Source: Bacteroidota bacterium
GTDB taxonomy: Bacteria > Bacteroidota > Ignavibacteria > Ignavibacteriales > Ignavibacteriaceae
Reading direction: 5' to 3'
NCBI GenBank assembly: GCA_021813585.1
Contig: JAKAJV010000068.1
Span: forward strand, 3,499-67,498
DNA: 64,000 nt
Within the stretch, counting starts at the first letter, position 1. The number at the start of each line of letters is the position of its first letter. The notes beneath the pieces are model-generated. The model was not told the origin of the DNA, did not search any database, and saw nothing but the letters and a program-made list of their open reading frames with translations. A program made the translations under genes and the position numbers. Shown piece by piece: positions 54,275 to 62,659 of the stretch.

Positions 54275-54619
54275 ATGATTAAACTTTTATCAAAATACCG
54301 TTCTCTGATTGCAGCTATTTTTGTTTTAGCACCGCTGCTGTTCTGGTTCGCATATTCTGAAATCGGACAGTACACGGTAGAAAAGCAGCATCCGCCTGTA
54401 CAGGATTATTGTCTGGTCGTAAGAGTAATAAAAACAGAAATTAGCAAGACTGCTGCAAACAGTTTGTTCAAATTGAAAGTAGAAAAATCAGTTTGTATGC
54501 ATTGTATTGAAGAAACAAGCTTACACAACATTGCATTAATTAATTTAGATGTAGAACATTTTAATTCACCGCAAACAATTACCCCCATCTATCTTTTCGA
54601 TAGAACATTTCTAATTTAG
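54275..54619 (+). CDS. Small N-terminally anchored protein of unknown function (paralog family, member B)
   Basis: 114 aa and collinear with 3262-3606. It lies upstream of the DUF302, Nramp and P1B-ATPase genes. Confidence 0.5.
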   Translation: MIKLLSKYRSLIAAIFVLAPLLFWFAYSEIGQYTVEKQHPPVQDYCLVVRVIKTEISKTAANSLFKLKVEKSVCMHCIEETSLHNIALINLDVEHFNSPQTITPIYLFDRTFLI

Positions 54620-54750
54620 CCCTTTCTTTTTCATAAGACGCTTCGGCATTTTCTCTGTTTTCGACTTATACTTTTTGGAAGGTGCGAGCTTTCTGAATAA
54701 GATAAATTAAAATTAATATGAAGTTAAAACCATTTTAAGGAAAAGTAACA

Positions 54751-55146
54751 ATGCAACAAACAAATTATGGATTCTCAAAAGTAGTTAATCTCGGTTACAA
54801 TGAAGCAATTGAAAAAGTAACCGAAGAACTAAAGAAAGAAGGTTTCGGCGTCCTTACCGAAATTGATGTTAAAGAAACATTAAAGAAAAAGCTTGATGTT
54901 GACTTTAAGCCGTATAAAATACTCGGCGCTTGCAATTCTCCTTTTGCATACAAAGCACTTCAATCGGAAGAGCAAATTGGATTGATGCTGCCTTGTAATG
55001 TAATTGTGTATGTGAATGATGAAAACCAAACTGTTGTTGCTGCGATAGACCCAATTGCTTCTATGCAGGCAGTAAAGAATGAATCGCTTGGTGAAGTTGC
55101 GGTAACAATACAAAGCAAGTTGAAGAACGTCATCGGTAATCTTTAA
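54751..55146 (+). CDS. DUF302 domain protein
   Basis: 131 aa. GFGVLTEIDVKETLKKKLDVDFKPYKILGACNSP is the DUF302 signature. Confidence 0.8.
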   Translation: MQQTNYGFSKVVNLGYNEAIEKVTEELKKEGFGVLTEIDVKETLKKKLDVDFKPYKILGACNSPFAYKALQSEEQIGLMLPCNVIVYVNDENQTVVAAIDPIASMQAVKNESLGEVAVTIQSKLKNVIGNL

Positions 55147-55212
55147 TATTTTAGTTAACTTAATTTACTCGTATTAAGTAACTCCCGGAAAATCTGTCTA
55201 CGCCAGGCAGAT

Positions 55213-55340
55213 CGGAATAGTGGAGTAATGGAGTTATGGAATTGACTGATTTATTCCTCCAAGGAGTCCTTCGTACATTATTCCTCTGAAGGAGTCCTTC
55301 ATACAATCATCCATTACTCCTCCGAAGGAGTTCTTCAGGC
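55213..55340. repeat. GGAGTAATGGAATAATGG-family repeat, copy e, expanded with three tandem units of about 28 bp
   Basis: GGAATAGTGGAGTAATGGAGTTATGGAAT is followed by three units of ATTATTCCTC-C/T-NAAGGAGTCCTTC..ACA. Each unit contains a CTCC/GGAG hairpin. Confidence 0.75.
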
Positions 55341-55468
55341 AAAGAATCGGTTTTTGCGTAGGTAATAGCTACCCAAATTAGGTATCGAAATTACCGACAA
55401 ACAGTGATTGACGTTTACCTATATGCAGAATATATTGAAGCATTAAAAAAGATTTTAAAGACATAATA

Positions 55469-56710
55469 ATGAGAGACGATAGAGTAAAGGAAATAGCTGT
55501 ACAGTCAGAATTAAACTCGATTGAAAAGAGAATAAAGTTTGCGCCGAAGATTTGGGAAGTGCTCAAGATTTGGGGACCAGCCTGGCTTGTAATGATTGCC
55601 GATGTGGATGCTGCGAGTGTTATTACGGCTGCCGAGTCCGGCGCAGTTTACGGTACAAAACTTATTTGGTTTTTGCTGCTGTTAGCTGTTCCTTTATTTG
55701 TTATTCAGGAAGTAGCCGGCAGAGTGGGCGCAGTAACAAACAAAGGATTAGGCGAACTTATCAGAGAAAACTTCAGCAAGAAGGCTGCAATATTTGCTGC
55801 AGTGCCAATGGCTCTTGTAGATATAATCAGCTATGTGGTTGAATACACCGGCGCTGCTATCGGATTCCAGATGATAGGAATTTCTCCGGGTGTATCTGTG
55901 CCCTTTATTTTTATTGCCCACGTCCTTTTGGTTTACAAACGAAAATATGCAGAGGCGGAAAAGCCATTACTGTTTATTTCAATTTTGTTTGCAGCTTCGT
56001 GGGCTGTGTCAGCTTATTTAACTGCACGGAAAGGGATTCATGTAACGCCGTTTTATTTTTCAAGCTCACCCGATTTTATATTTTTGCTTGCCGCAAATGT
56101 CGGTGCGGTTATTATGCCGTTCATGCTTTTTTACCAGGCTTCCGCAACTGCAGAAAAAGGAATAAAGGCAAAAAATCTTCGGGCAGTAAGAATTGAGACG
56201 GCAATCGGCGCGGTAGTTTCAGAGTTGATAATGGTTGCCATTGCCATCGCTACAATTGGAGTGAATAAAGACTCTTTGAACTTTACCCGCCCCGGAGTTT
56301 TATCGCATGGCTTGTCTTCTGTAGCCGGAACATCTGCACCAATTATTTTTGGAATAGGTTTAATCGCTTCTTCTTTTATTGCGCTCATTGTAATTTCGCT
56401 TGGAAGCTGCTGGGGCGTTACCGAAGCATTGGGCTGGGGGCGGAAGAACTGGTTTAAGGTGTATCTTGTAGAATCAATTCCGGCTTTGGTGATAACAATG
56501 GTAACACTAAATCTTGTAAACCTTGCGCTTAATCTTATGGTGCTTCAAATTGCTGTTCTTATTGGCCCTGCTATTACTTTAGCTCTGATCGCATCTAATA
56601 AGAAATTGATGGGACAATTTTATCTGAAAGGATTCAATAAGTTCATTTACTGGGCATTCTTTGTTCTAATATTAGGCACAGGCATAATAAGTGTCTATTT
56701 GGTAATTTAA
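55469..56710 (+). CDS. Nramp-family divalent metal transporter, non-canonical binding-site motifs
   Basis: 413 aa with 11 TM helices. GPAWLVMIADVDAASVITAAESGAVYG aligns to the MntH segment [27 protein letters not shown]. The TM6 segment is GAVIMPFMLF, compared with ATVMPHNLY in MntH. Confidence 0.8.
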   Translation: MRDDRVKEIAVQSELNSIEKRIKFAPKIWEVLKIWGPAWLVMIADVDAASVITAAESGAVYGTKLIWFLLLLAVPLFVIQEVAGRVGAVTNKGLGELIRENFSKKAAIFAAVPMALVDIISYVVEYTGAAIGFQMIGISPGVSVPFIFIAHVLLVYKRKYAEAEKPLLFISILFAASWAVSAYLTARKGIHVTPFYFSSSPDFIFLLAANVGAVIMPFMLFYQASATAEKGIKAKNLRAVRIETAIGAVVSELIMVAIAIATIGVNKDSLNFTRPGVLSHGLSSVAGTSAPIIFGIGLIASSFIALIVISLGSCWGVTEALGWGRKNWFKVYLVESIPALVITMVTLNLVNLALNLMVLQIAVLIGPAITLALIASNKKLMGQFYLKGFNKFIYWAFFVLILGTGIISVYLVI

Positions 56711-56734
56711 TCAATCTAAAATTTCGGAAGGCTA

Positions 56735-58876
56735 ATGAAAAAATATCAGCTAAAAAATATTGACTGCGCTTCTTGTGCGGCTAAGATTGAAGAGGGAGTT
56801 GCAAAGTTAGAGCAGGTTAAGTTTGTCTCCGTGAATTTTGCAAACTCAACTCTGCAGATTGATACGCCGGATATTGAAGAAGTTAAGCAGAAGATAAAAG
56901 AGATTGAGCCGGAGGTTGAAGTAGTGGAATGCCCATCCCCATCCCTTCCCAAAGGGAAGGGAGTGGAAGGGCGTGTGCCTTCAGAGCCGGAGAGTCTATG
57001 GAAAGAAAACAAAACCGAGTTGATAAAAATCTTTATAACGCTGCTGCTGCTGGCTGCCGGGCTAATCTTTGAGGAACAAATTCATAACACTCCTTACCAC
57101 ATTGCTGAATATTTGGTTTTTCTTCCGGCATATTTAATCAGCGGCTGGGGTGTATTAAGAGGCGCTGTAAGAAGTATAACTAAAGGAAAAGTTTTCAACG
57201 AACATTTTCTAATGACGATTGCAACTGCAGGCGCAATAGCAATTGATGCAATGCCGGAAGCTGTTGCCGTGATGTTGTTTTATGTTGTTGGAGAGTTGTT
57301 CCAGGATATTGCAGTTAACCGCTCGCGCAAATCAGTTAAAGCATTATTGGAAATAAGACCGGACTATGCGAACTTGAAAATCAATGGTGATATTAAAAGA
57401 GTTTCGCCAACTGAAGTCCATCCGGGACAAATAATTGTTGTGAAGCCGGGAGAGAAAATTCCTCTTGATGGAATAATTAAAGAAGGAAATTCCTTTGTTG
57501 ATACTTCTGCACTTACCGGTGAATTTGTTCCGAGAGCGGTGAAAGAAAATGAAACTGTTTTAGCCGGTATGATAAATGGAACGTCCCGACCCGGTCGGGA
57601 CAAAAGCGGACTGCTGACAATTGAAGTGACAAAAGAATTCGGCGAATCTTCAATCTCGAAAATTTTAGAATTAGTTGAGAATGCCAGCAGCAAGAAAGCC
57701 GAGACAGAAAAGTTTATCACGACATTTGCTCGGTACTATACGCCAGTTGTTGTGTTGGGTGCATTACTGCTTGCAGTTATTCCGCCTCTGTTATTAACTG
57801 GACAAACATTTACAGAATGGATATACAGAGCACTGGTGGTACTAGTAATTTCTTGTCCATGCGCTTTGGTAATAAGCATCCCGCTTGGTTACTTCGGCGG
57901 AATCGGCGGCGCTTCGCGCAGAGGAATTTTAGTAAAAGGTTCCAACTATTTAGACGCGCTTACAAAAATAAAAACAGTTGTTTTTGATAAAACCGGAACT
58001 CTGACTAAAGGCGAATTCAAAGTTGCAGAAATAGTTTCAGCTAATGGTTTCAAAAAAGAAGATATACTTAAATATGCAGCTTATGCGGAAGCAAACTCAA
58101 ATCATCCGATAGCAAAATCAATTTTGGAAGCTTACAACAAAAAGATTGAACAAAACGAAATAAGTGAAGTAAATGAAATTTCCGGGCACGGAATTCATGC
58201 AAAGGCAGGTGGCGATGAAATATTGGTTGGTAATGACAAGCTGCTTCACCAAGAAAATATTGAACACGACAAATGTAATATTGCAGGAACTGTAGTTCAC
58301 GTAGCAGTAAATAAAAAATATGCGGGCTACATTGTTATATCCGATTCACTAAAAGATGAAGCCGCCGAAAGCATTACAGAGCTTAACAAACTAAAAGTAA
58401 ATACCGTTATGCTTACAGGCGATAATAAAAGCGCTGCTGAAGTTTATGCAAAGAAACTCGGTATAAAAGAATTTTACTCTGAATTGTTGCCGGAAAATAA
58501 AGTTGAGCATATTGAAAAATTATTAAGCACTTCGCACGATGGAAAAGTTGCATTCGTTGGCGATGGAATAAACGATGCACCAGTAATTGCCCGGGCAGAT
58601 GTTGGAATAGCGATGGGCGCACTTGGTTCTGATGCAGCAGTTGAAACGGCAGACATTGTACTGATGACGGATTCGCCAATGCAAGTTGTAAAATCAATGG
58701 AAGTTGCAAGACGAACAAGAAAAATTGTTTGGCAAAACATCGGCTTTGCAATGGGAGTAAAACTTTTCTTCATTCTTCTCGGTGCTTTTGGAATAGCTAC
58801 AATGTGGGAAGCAGTCTTCGGCGATATGGGTGTGGCGATAATTGCGATACTCAATGCTATGAGGGTGATGAAATAA
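56735..58876 (+). CDS. Heavy-metal translocating P1B-type ATPase (CPC type, Zn/Cd/Pb-like) with an N-terminal HMA domain
   Basis: 713 aa. It has the HMA motif CASCAAKIE, the TM6 motif SCPCALVISIP, DKTGTLT and GDGINDAP. Confidence 0.95.
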   Translation: MKKYQLKNIDCASCAAKIEEGVAKLEQVKFVSVNFANSTLQIDTPDIEEVKQKIKEIEPEVEVVECPSPSLPKGKGVEGRVPSEPESLWKENKTELIKIFITLLLLAAGLIFEEQIHNTPYHIAEYLVFLPAYLISGWGVLRGAVRSITKGKVFNEHFLMTIATAGAIAIDAMPEAVAVMLFYVVGELFQDIAVNRSRKSVKALLEIRPDYANLKINGDIKRVSPTEVHPGQIIVVKPGEKIPLDGIIKEGNSFVDTSALTGEFVPRAVKENETVLAGMINGTSRPGRDKSGLLTIEVTKEFGESSISKILELVENASSKKAETEKFITTFARYYTPVVVLGALLLAVIPPLLLTGQTFTEWIYRALVVLVISCPCALVISIPLGYFGGIGGASRRGILVKGSNYLDALTKIKTVVFDKTGTLTKGEFKVAEIVSANGFKKEDILKYAAYAEANSNHPIAKSILEAYNKKIEQNEISEVNEISGHGIHAKAGGDEILVGNDKLLHQENIEHDKCNIAGTVVHVAVNKKYAGYIVISDSLKDEAAESITELNKLKVNTVMLTGDNKSAAEVYAKKLGIKEFYSELLPENKVEHIEKLLSTSHDGKVAFVGDGINDAPVIARADVGIAMGALGSDAAVETADIVLMTDSPMQVVKSMEVARRTRKIVWQNIGFAMGVKLFFILLGAFGIATMWEAVFGDMGVAIIAILNAMRVMK

Positions 58877-58880
58877 TTTC

Positions 58881-58978
58881 ATAGCGCGGCAAGCCGCAAT
58901 TAAGAATTAAAAATGAAAAATTGAAGACACTAAAAATATCTTGACACAAAAAACAAAAAATTTACTGGCAATACTATA
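58881..58978 (+). mobile_element. ATA-flanked short interspersed element, copy 3 (92 bp plus flanking ATA)
   Basis: GCGCGGCAAGCCGCAATTAAGAATT...CTGGCAATACT flanked by ATA on each side. It starts 5 nt after the ATPase stop codon. Confidence 0.7.
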
Positions 58979-59087
58979 AGCCGGAATCAGGTGGAGTTTT
59001 TCTCGAATTCTTTTTAGAAGAGAGAATTTATTTCTATAACTATTATATTCCGGCCCTAACGCCAACAGAACAAGATAAATGGATTCA

Positions 59088-59531
59088 TTAATTTTCAGCT
59101 AAGTTAGTCATTAAGGCTTTTAATGTACTAAATAATGAGACTGCATTATTGTACAATTCATCATTAGACTTAACCGCTTTAAGCATGATGCTCATATCCA
59201 TTGTAGAAATAATTGTTTTGCCGTTATGCTCATAAACTGCTAATTTACACGGCATGAAAATCGAAAAGCCTGGGAAATCCGTAAGCATTAGAGAAGCAGT
59301 TTTTGCCTGGCAAATTTCGTAAATGTAAACTTTCCTTTTTATAGGGAAGCCTTTGCTTTCAACAATTTCATGATAGTTGTATGTTTTAAGTAATGCAAAC
59401 TTATAATTATCGCATTGCATTTGCACTTTATCGGCAACCCCAGCGACCGATCGATTTGAGATTATTTTGTAGGTAAACATGTCGATCATTTTTTGAGCGG
59501 GGAAAAGAGCTGTTATTAATTTTCTAAGCAT
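59088..59531 (-). CDS. DUF302 domain protein
   Basis: 147 aa with YIYEICQAKTASLML...MPCKLAVYEHNGKTIIS, a DUF302 pattern. Confidence 0.7.
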   Translation of the reverse strand: MLRKLITALFPAQKMIDMFTYKIISNRSVAGVADKVQMQCDNYKFALLKTYNYHEIVESKGFPIKRKVYIYEICQAKTASLMLTDFPGFSIFMPCKLAVYEHNGKTIISTMDMSIMLKAVKSNDELYNNAVSLFSTLKALMTNLAEN

Positions 59532-59543
59532 ATCTTTTTCTCT

Positions 59544-59909
59544 TTAAAATGTTATTGTTTTATCAGATTCGATTGTCCATTGAGTAAGTTCTGCCATAGT
59601 GCTGATTTGTGCGCCTTCAATTAGCGGAAGGTTTTTTATTCCTCTTGCATCGGCGCAAGTGCCGCATATTTTAACCTTGCCATTACGATTAAGAACGCTC
59701 TTAATCATTCTTTCAATATTGTAATAGCCGCTCGGTGTATTTTGATTTGGTAACGCACAGAATGCAGCATCTGCCATTAAGAAAATTCTAACTTCATTTT
59801 CTTCACCGCTTGCAATTGAGTCCTTTTGAATCTGCATTGCAAGGCGAAGTGCATTGTAAGCTTTCTCTGTTCCGTATGGTGCGTCGTTAATTATAAAAAG
59901 ATATTTCAT
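59544..59909 (-). CDS. DsrE/DsrF-like family protein
   Basis: 121 aa. MKYLFIINDAPYGTEKAYNALRLA is a typical DsrE-fold N-terminus, and a conserved Cys is present (CGTCADARG). Confidence 0.75.
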   Translation of the reverse strand: MKYLFIINDAPYGTEKAYNALRLAMQIQKDSIASGEENEVRIFLMADAAFCALPNQNTPSGYYNIERMIKSVLNRNGKVKICGTCADARGIKNLPLIEGAQISTMAELTQWTIESDKTITF

Positions 59910-59974
59910 TAGTGTTCTCCAAATTTTTTATGAATGATTATTATTTACTCATCTTATGCAAACTCTACTCTTTG

Positions 59975-60066
59975 TCCGAAGAACTCCTGCGGAGGAGTAT
60001 TGGAATAATGGAATATTGGAGTTGGTACAGATATTCCATTACTCCATCATTCCATTATTCCTTGGA
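59975..60066. repeat. GGAGTAATGGAATAATGG-family palindromic repeat, copy f
   Basis: An ACTCCT-GCGG-AGGAGT hairpin is followed by ATTGGAATAATGGAATATTGGAGT ... ATTCCATTACTCCATCATTCCATTATTCC. Confidence 0.8.
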
Positions 60067-60088
60067 TTGCCTAGCATGAGTTATTGCA

Positions 60089-60661
60089 TTATAATTTTTT
60101 AGTTCCCACAATTCCATAATGATAAGGCGGCAATTGAATGACTCCACTATCAAGTTTAAATCCGGCTCGCTTAAGCCATTCAATGCATTGTTCCGGCTTT
60201 GGTCTAATATCAAGAGAAGGACCGCGCGGAGTCGCTTCGGAATATATCCAATGAATTATTCCAACTTTGCCTTCACGTTTTAAGATTCGATAAGCTTCTT
60301 TCAATAATGAAACCGGGTCTTCTGCATGAAGAATGTTGAAGAGCATGGCGTAATCAATCGATTCATCTTTAAGCTTCGTTCCTTCTTTTACAAAATCAAC
60401 TTGATGAATTTTAATATTAGAAATTTTCTCCTTACTAATTTTTTCTTTTAGAATAGAAATCATCTCAGGTTCAATATCAAAGGCGTGCAATTTCCCTTTG
60501 ATTATTTTTGCAGCCGGTATAGTGAATGTTCCGTAACCCGAACCAAATTCAGCAGCATTATTAATTTTATCATCTAATTGAAGCTGCGAAAGAATGTATT
60601 GAGGATTGAAAAAAGTTTCCCAGTAATTTTCTTCCGGCATTCCGCTGTCGCGAATTTTCAT
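60089..60661 (-). CDS. Class I SAM-dependent methyltransferase
   Basis: 190 aa. Motif I is AEFGSGYGTFTIPAA, and the post-I acidic residue is in HAFDIE. Confidence 0.8.
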   Translation of the reverse strand: MKIRDSGMPEENYWETFFNPQYILSQLQLDDKINNAAEFGSGYGTFTIPAAKIIKGKLHAFDIEPEMISILKEKISKEKISNIKIHQVDFVKEGTKLKDESIDYAMLFNILHAEDPVSLLKEAYRILKREGKVGIIHWIYSEATPRGPSLDIRPKPEQCIEWLKRAGFKLDSGVIQLPPYHYGIVGTKKL

Positions 60662-60662
60662 G

Positions 60663-60953
60663 TTAAATTATTCTTCCCATATATTCAATTGAATCACTCA
60701 GCGATAAAATGGAATCACATACTTTGGGATTGATTAAACTGTATACAACATCATTTCCACTTTGTCTTTTATTAACAAAAGATTGTTCACACAATAATTC
60801 CAGATGTCTTGCTACGGCTCCTTCGTCTAGGCTTAACAGATTGGCGATCGTAACGGCGTTAACTTCATTTTCATATATCGAACATAAAATCTCTATGTTA
60901 ATCGAATCGGAAAAAAGTCCGGCTATAAGTTCGTTTGATTTAGAATTCATCAT
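60663..60953 (-). CDS. Small ArsR-like winged-helix protein
   Basis: 96 aa. VNAVTIANLLSLDEGAVARHLELLCEQSFVNKRQSGNDVVYSL fits a wHTH. Confidence 0.55.
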   Translation of the reverse strand: MMNSKSNELIAGLFSDSINIEILCSIYENEVNAVTIANLLSLDEGAVARHLELLCEQSFVNKRQSGNDVVYSLINPKVCDSILSLSDSIEYMGRII

Positions 60954-60973
60954 ATTCTCACCTAAGCTGATGG

Positions 60974-61636
60974 TTAATTAGTTTCAACTTTTAAACCGGC
61001 GAAGCGCCAGGAGTTAACGTCATCTTGCATAATTGTTGTCTTAAAACCCTTGCCGGTTAAAATCATTGCCGCTTCGGGAGCCATTACGCAGTACTTACCG
61101 CGGCAGTAGGCAATAATCTCTTTGCCGGCAGGCAGGCTTTTTATTTTACTTTTCAATTCAGACATCGGAATGGAAACTGCGCCTGGCAGATGACCGTTTA
61201 GATATTCTTCTTTTGGTCTAACATCAATAATTGTAATATCACTCTTTTTAATTTTTGACTGCAATTCTTTCATGGAGATAGGCTCAATTACGCTTCTTTC
61301 CTCTAAGAACGATTTTACCGCTTCTCTTAACTCTGCTGCACTTTGCTCAGCTAGTGTTTGCAAACTTTTCCAGTATTTTATTACTTCATCCGAAGCAAGA
61401 AAATAAATAACCCGGATTCCTTCCTTTCTGCTCTGAACAATCCTGGCGTTCTTTAGTATTTGAAGGTGCCGGGAAGTGTTGGCAAAATTCATGCTTGTTT
61501 CTTTGGATAATGAGTCAACATCCTTTTCGCCTTGAGAAAGAAGATCCAATATTTCAAGCCTTTTGGGGCTTGCGAAAGCAGCGGCAATGTTGGCGAGCTG
61601 CTGAAAAGTAATATCCTTAAATTCTCTGCCGGTCAT
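60974..61636 (-). CDS. ArsR-family regulator fused to a rhodanese domain
   Basis: 220 aa. The ArsR HTH is ASPKRLEILDLLSQGEKDVDSLSKETSMNFANTSRHLQILKNARIV. The rhodanese part is IIDVRPKEEYLNGHLPGAVSIP...AYCRGKYCVMAPEA, which includes an active-site-loop Cys. Confidence 0.85.
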   Translation of the reverse strand: MTGREFKDITFQQLANIAAAFASPKRLEILDLLSQGEKDVDSLSKETSMNFANTSRHLQILKNARIVQSRKEGIRVIYFLASDEVIKYWKSLQTLAEQSAAELREAVKSFLEERSVIEPISMKELQSKIKKSDITIIDVRPKEEYLNGHLPGAVSIPMSELKSKIKSLPAGKEIIAYCRGKYCVMAPEAAMILTGKGFKTTIMQDDVNSWRFAGLKVETN

Positions 61637-61654
61637 AATATGTTCTTAAAAACT

Positions 61655-61674
61655 ATTCAATTGATTAATTGAAT
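61655..61674. promoter_or_regulatory. Candidate ArsR operator palindrome
   Basis: ATTCAATT-GATT-AATTGAAT, with perfect 8-bp arms, 19 nt upstream of the ArsR-rhodanese start. Confidence 0.45.
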
Positions 61675-61774
61675 AATAAGAATTTATTTGGGGAAAAACA
61701 AGCGGCGACAGTTTTCTAAAAAGTTATCATATAGGTCGAAAGGCTTTGCTTATGCCGAATTAGTTCTTCAATAA

Positions 61775-62194
61775 TTAATTGAACACTTTTAGCTTGTCCA
61801 CCAATGCTAAAAGTTTCTGAACGTAACCATCAACCAACTTGCTTTCTTCCGTAGTGAGGCTGCCGTAGCGGGAAAGGTTTTTTGCGGTGCTGTCTACCAA
61901 TATACTCCAGAGGTAAACTGCTTGCGATTGCAATACACGGCTTTCGAAAGTTATTTGCGGCTTTAATGAGAGCGCAGTGAACATTTCTTTGTTGACTGCT
62001 TGTATCTCTTTAATTATCTCATGTATTTTTTCTTTGGTTTTGTTATCGTAGGATGTTTCAACGACATGAGTAACGCTATGGTTTGAACTTCCATTCAGTA
62101 TTGCTTCGACTTCGTTTAATCCTTCTTCAATAAACTTGGCTGTTACAGATAAACTTCTGCGGTGATTTTCGGGAAGTAATTTTTCGTTATTCAT
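61775..62194 (-). CDS. Hypothetical helical protein
   Basis: 139 aa ORF with no recognisable motif. Confidence 0.5.
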   Translation of the reverse strand: MNNEKLLPENHRRSLSVTAKFIEEGLNEVEAILNGSSNHSVTHVVETSYDNKTKEKIHEIIKEIQAVNKEMFTALSLKPQITFESRVLQSQAVYLWSILVDSTAKNLSRYGSLTTEESKLVDGYVQKLLALVDKLKVFN

Positions 62195-62220
62195 ATTTTA
62201 GTCTACGACAAAATCTTTTT

Positions 62221-62265
62221 GTTACACAGAGAACCACAGAGTACTCACAGAGTTCCACAAAGAAA
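62221..62265. repeat. CACAGAG-family repeat, copy D (right arm only)
   Basis: GTTACACAGAGAACCACAGAGTACTCACAGAGTTCCACAAAGAAA. No CTCTGTG partner arm is present. Confidence 0.75.
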
Positions 62266-62280
62266 TCCAAATTTGTTAAA

Positions 62281-62583
62281 TTAATTATTTGCATAATCTT
62301 TGCTCTCTATCTTCTTGATACTGCTTACGGCTGCTTTAACAAGAAACAGATCATTGCTTGCTTTAGTTAATTCGATTAAGTAAGGCAAGGCTTCTTTGGC
62401 TTTTAATTCGCCCAATGTTTCTGCTGCTCTCAACGGTGTTGAAGGCTCAGGATGCTTTAATGCACGAATCAATTTTTGTATAAATGATTCTTGTTCAAGA
62501 GCCGACTGATCCGTTACGCAGTGAGGGCACTTAACTGTATCTTTACTTATTTCGCTCCAACAGTTTGAACAGTAGTAAATCAT
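62281..62583 (-). CDS. Zinc-ribbon plus HEAT-repeat small protein
   Basis: 100 aa. The zinc ribbon is CSNCWSE...CPHC. The HEAT-like repeat is PLRAAETLGELKAKEALPYLIEL. Confidence 0.6.
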   Translation of the reverse strand: MIYYCSNCWSEISKDTVKCPHCVTDQSALEQESFIQKLIRALKHPEPSTPLRAAETLGELKAKEALPYLIELTKASNDLFLVKAAVSSIKKIESKDYANN

Positions 62584-62586
62584 TGT

Positions 62587-62657
62587 AATTAAAAATTAAA
62601 AATTCAAAATTAAAAATTAAAAAATGAAAACCGGTATTATGGTCATTACTATTATAG
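62587..62657 (+). repeat. Degenerate partial copy of the ATA-flanked element (lacks the GCGCGGCAAGCCGC head)
   Basis: AATTCAAAATTAAAAATTAAAAAATGAAAA ... CATTACTATTATAG resembles the core and tail of copies 1-3. Confidence 0.35.
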
Positions 62658-62659
62658 AT

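Noticed and set aside
58941-58978. The TTGACA inside the ATA-flanked element together with the TACTAT at its 3' end; considered as an outward-facing sigma70 promoter
   Set aside because: The spacing is about 25 nt in copies 2 and 3, far from the 16-18 nt optimum. No consistent downstream gene follows the three copies.
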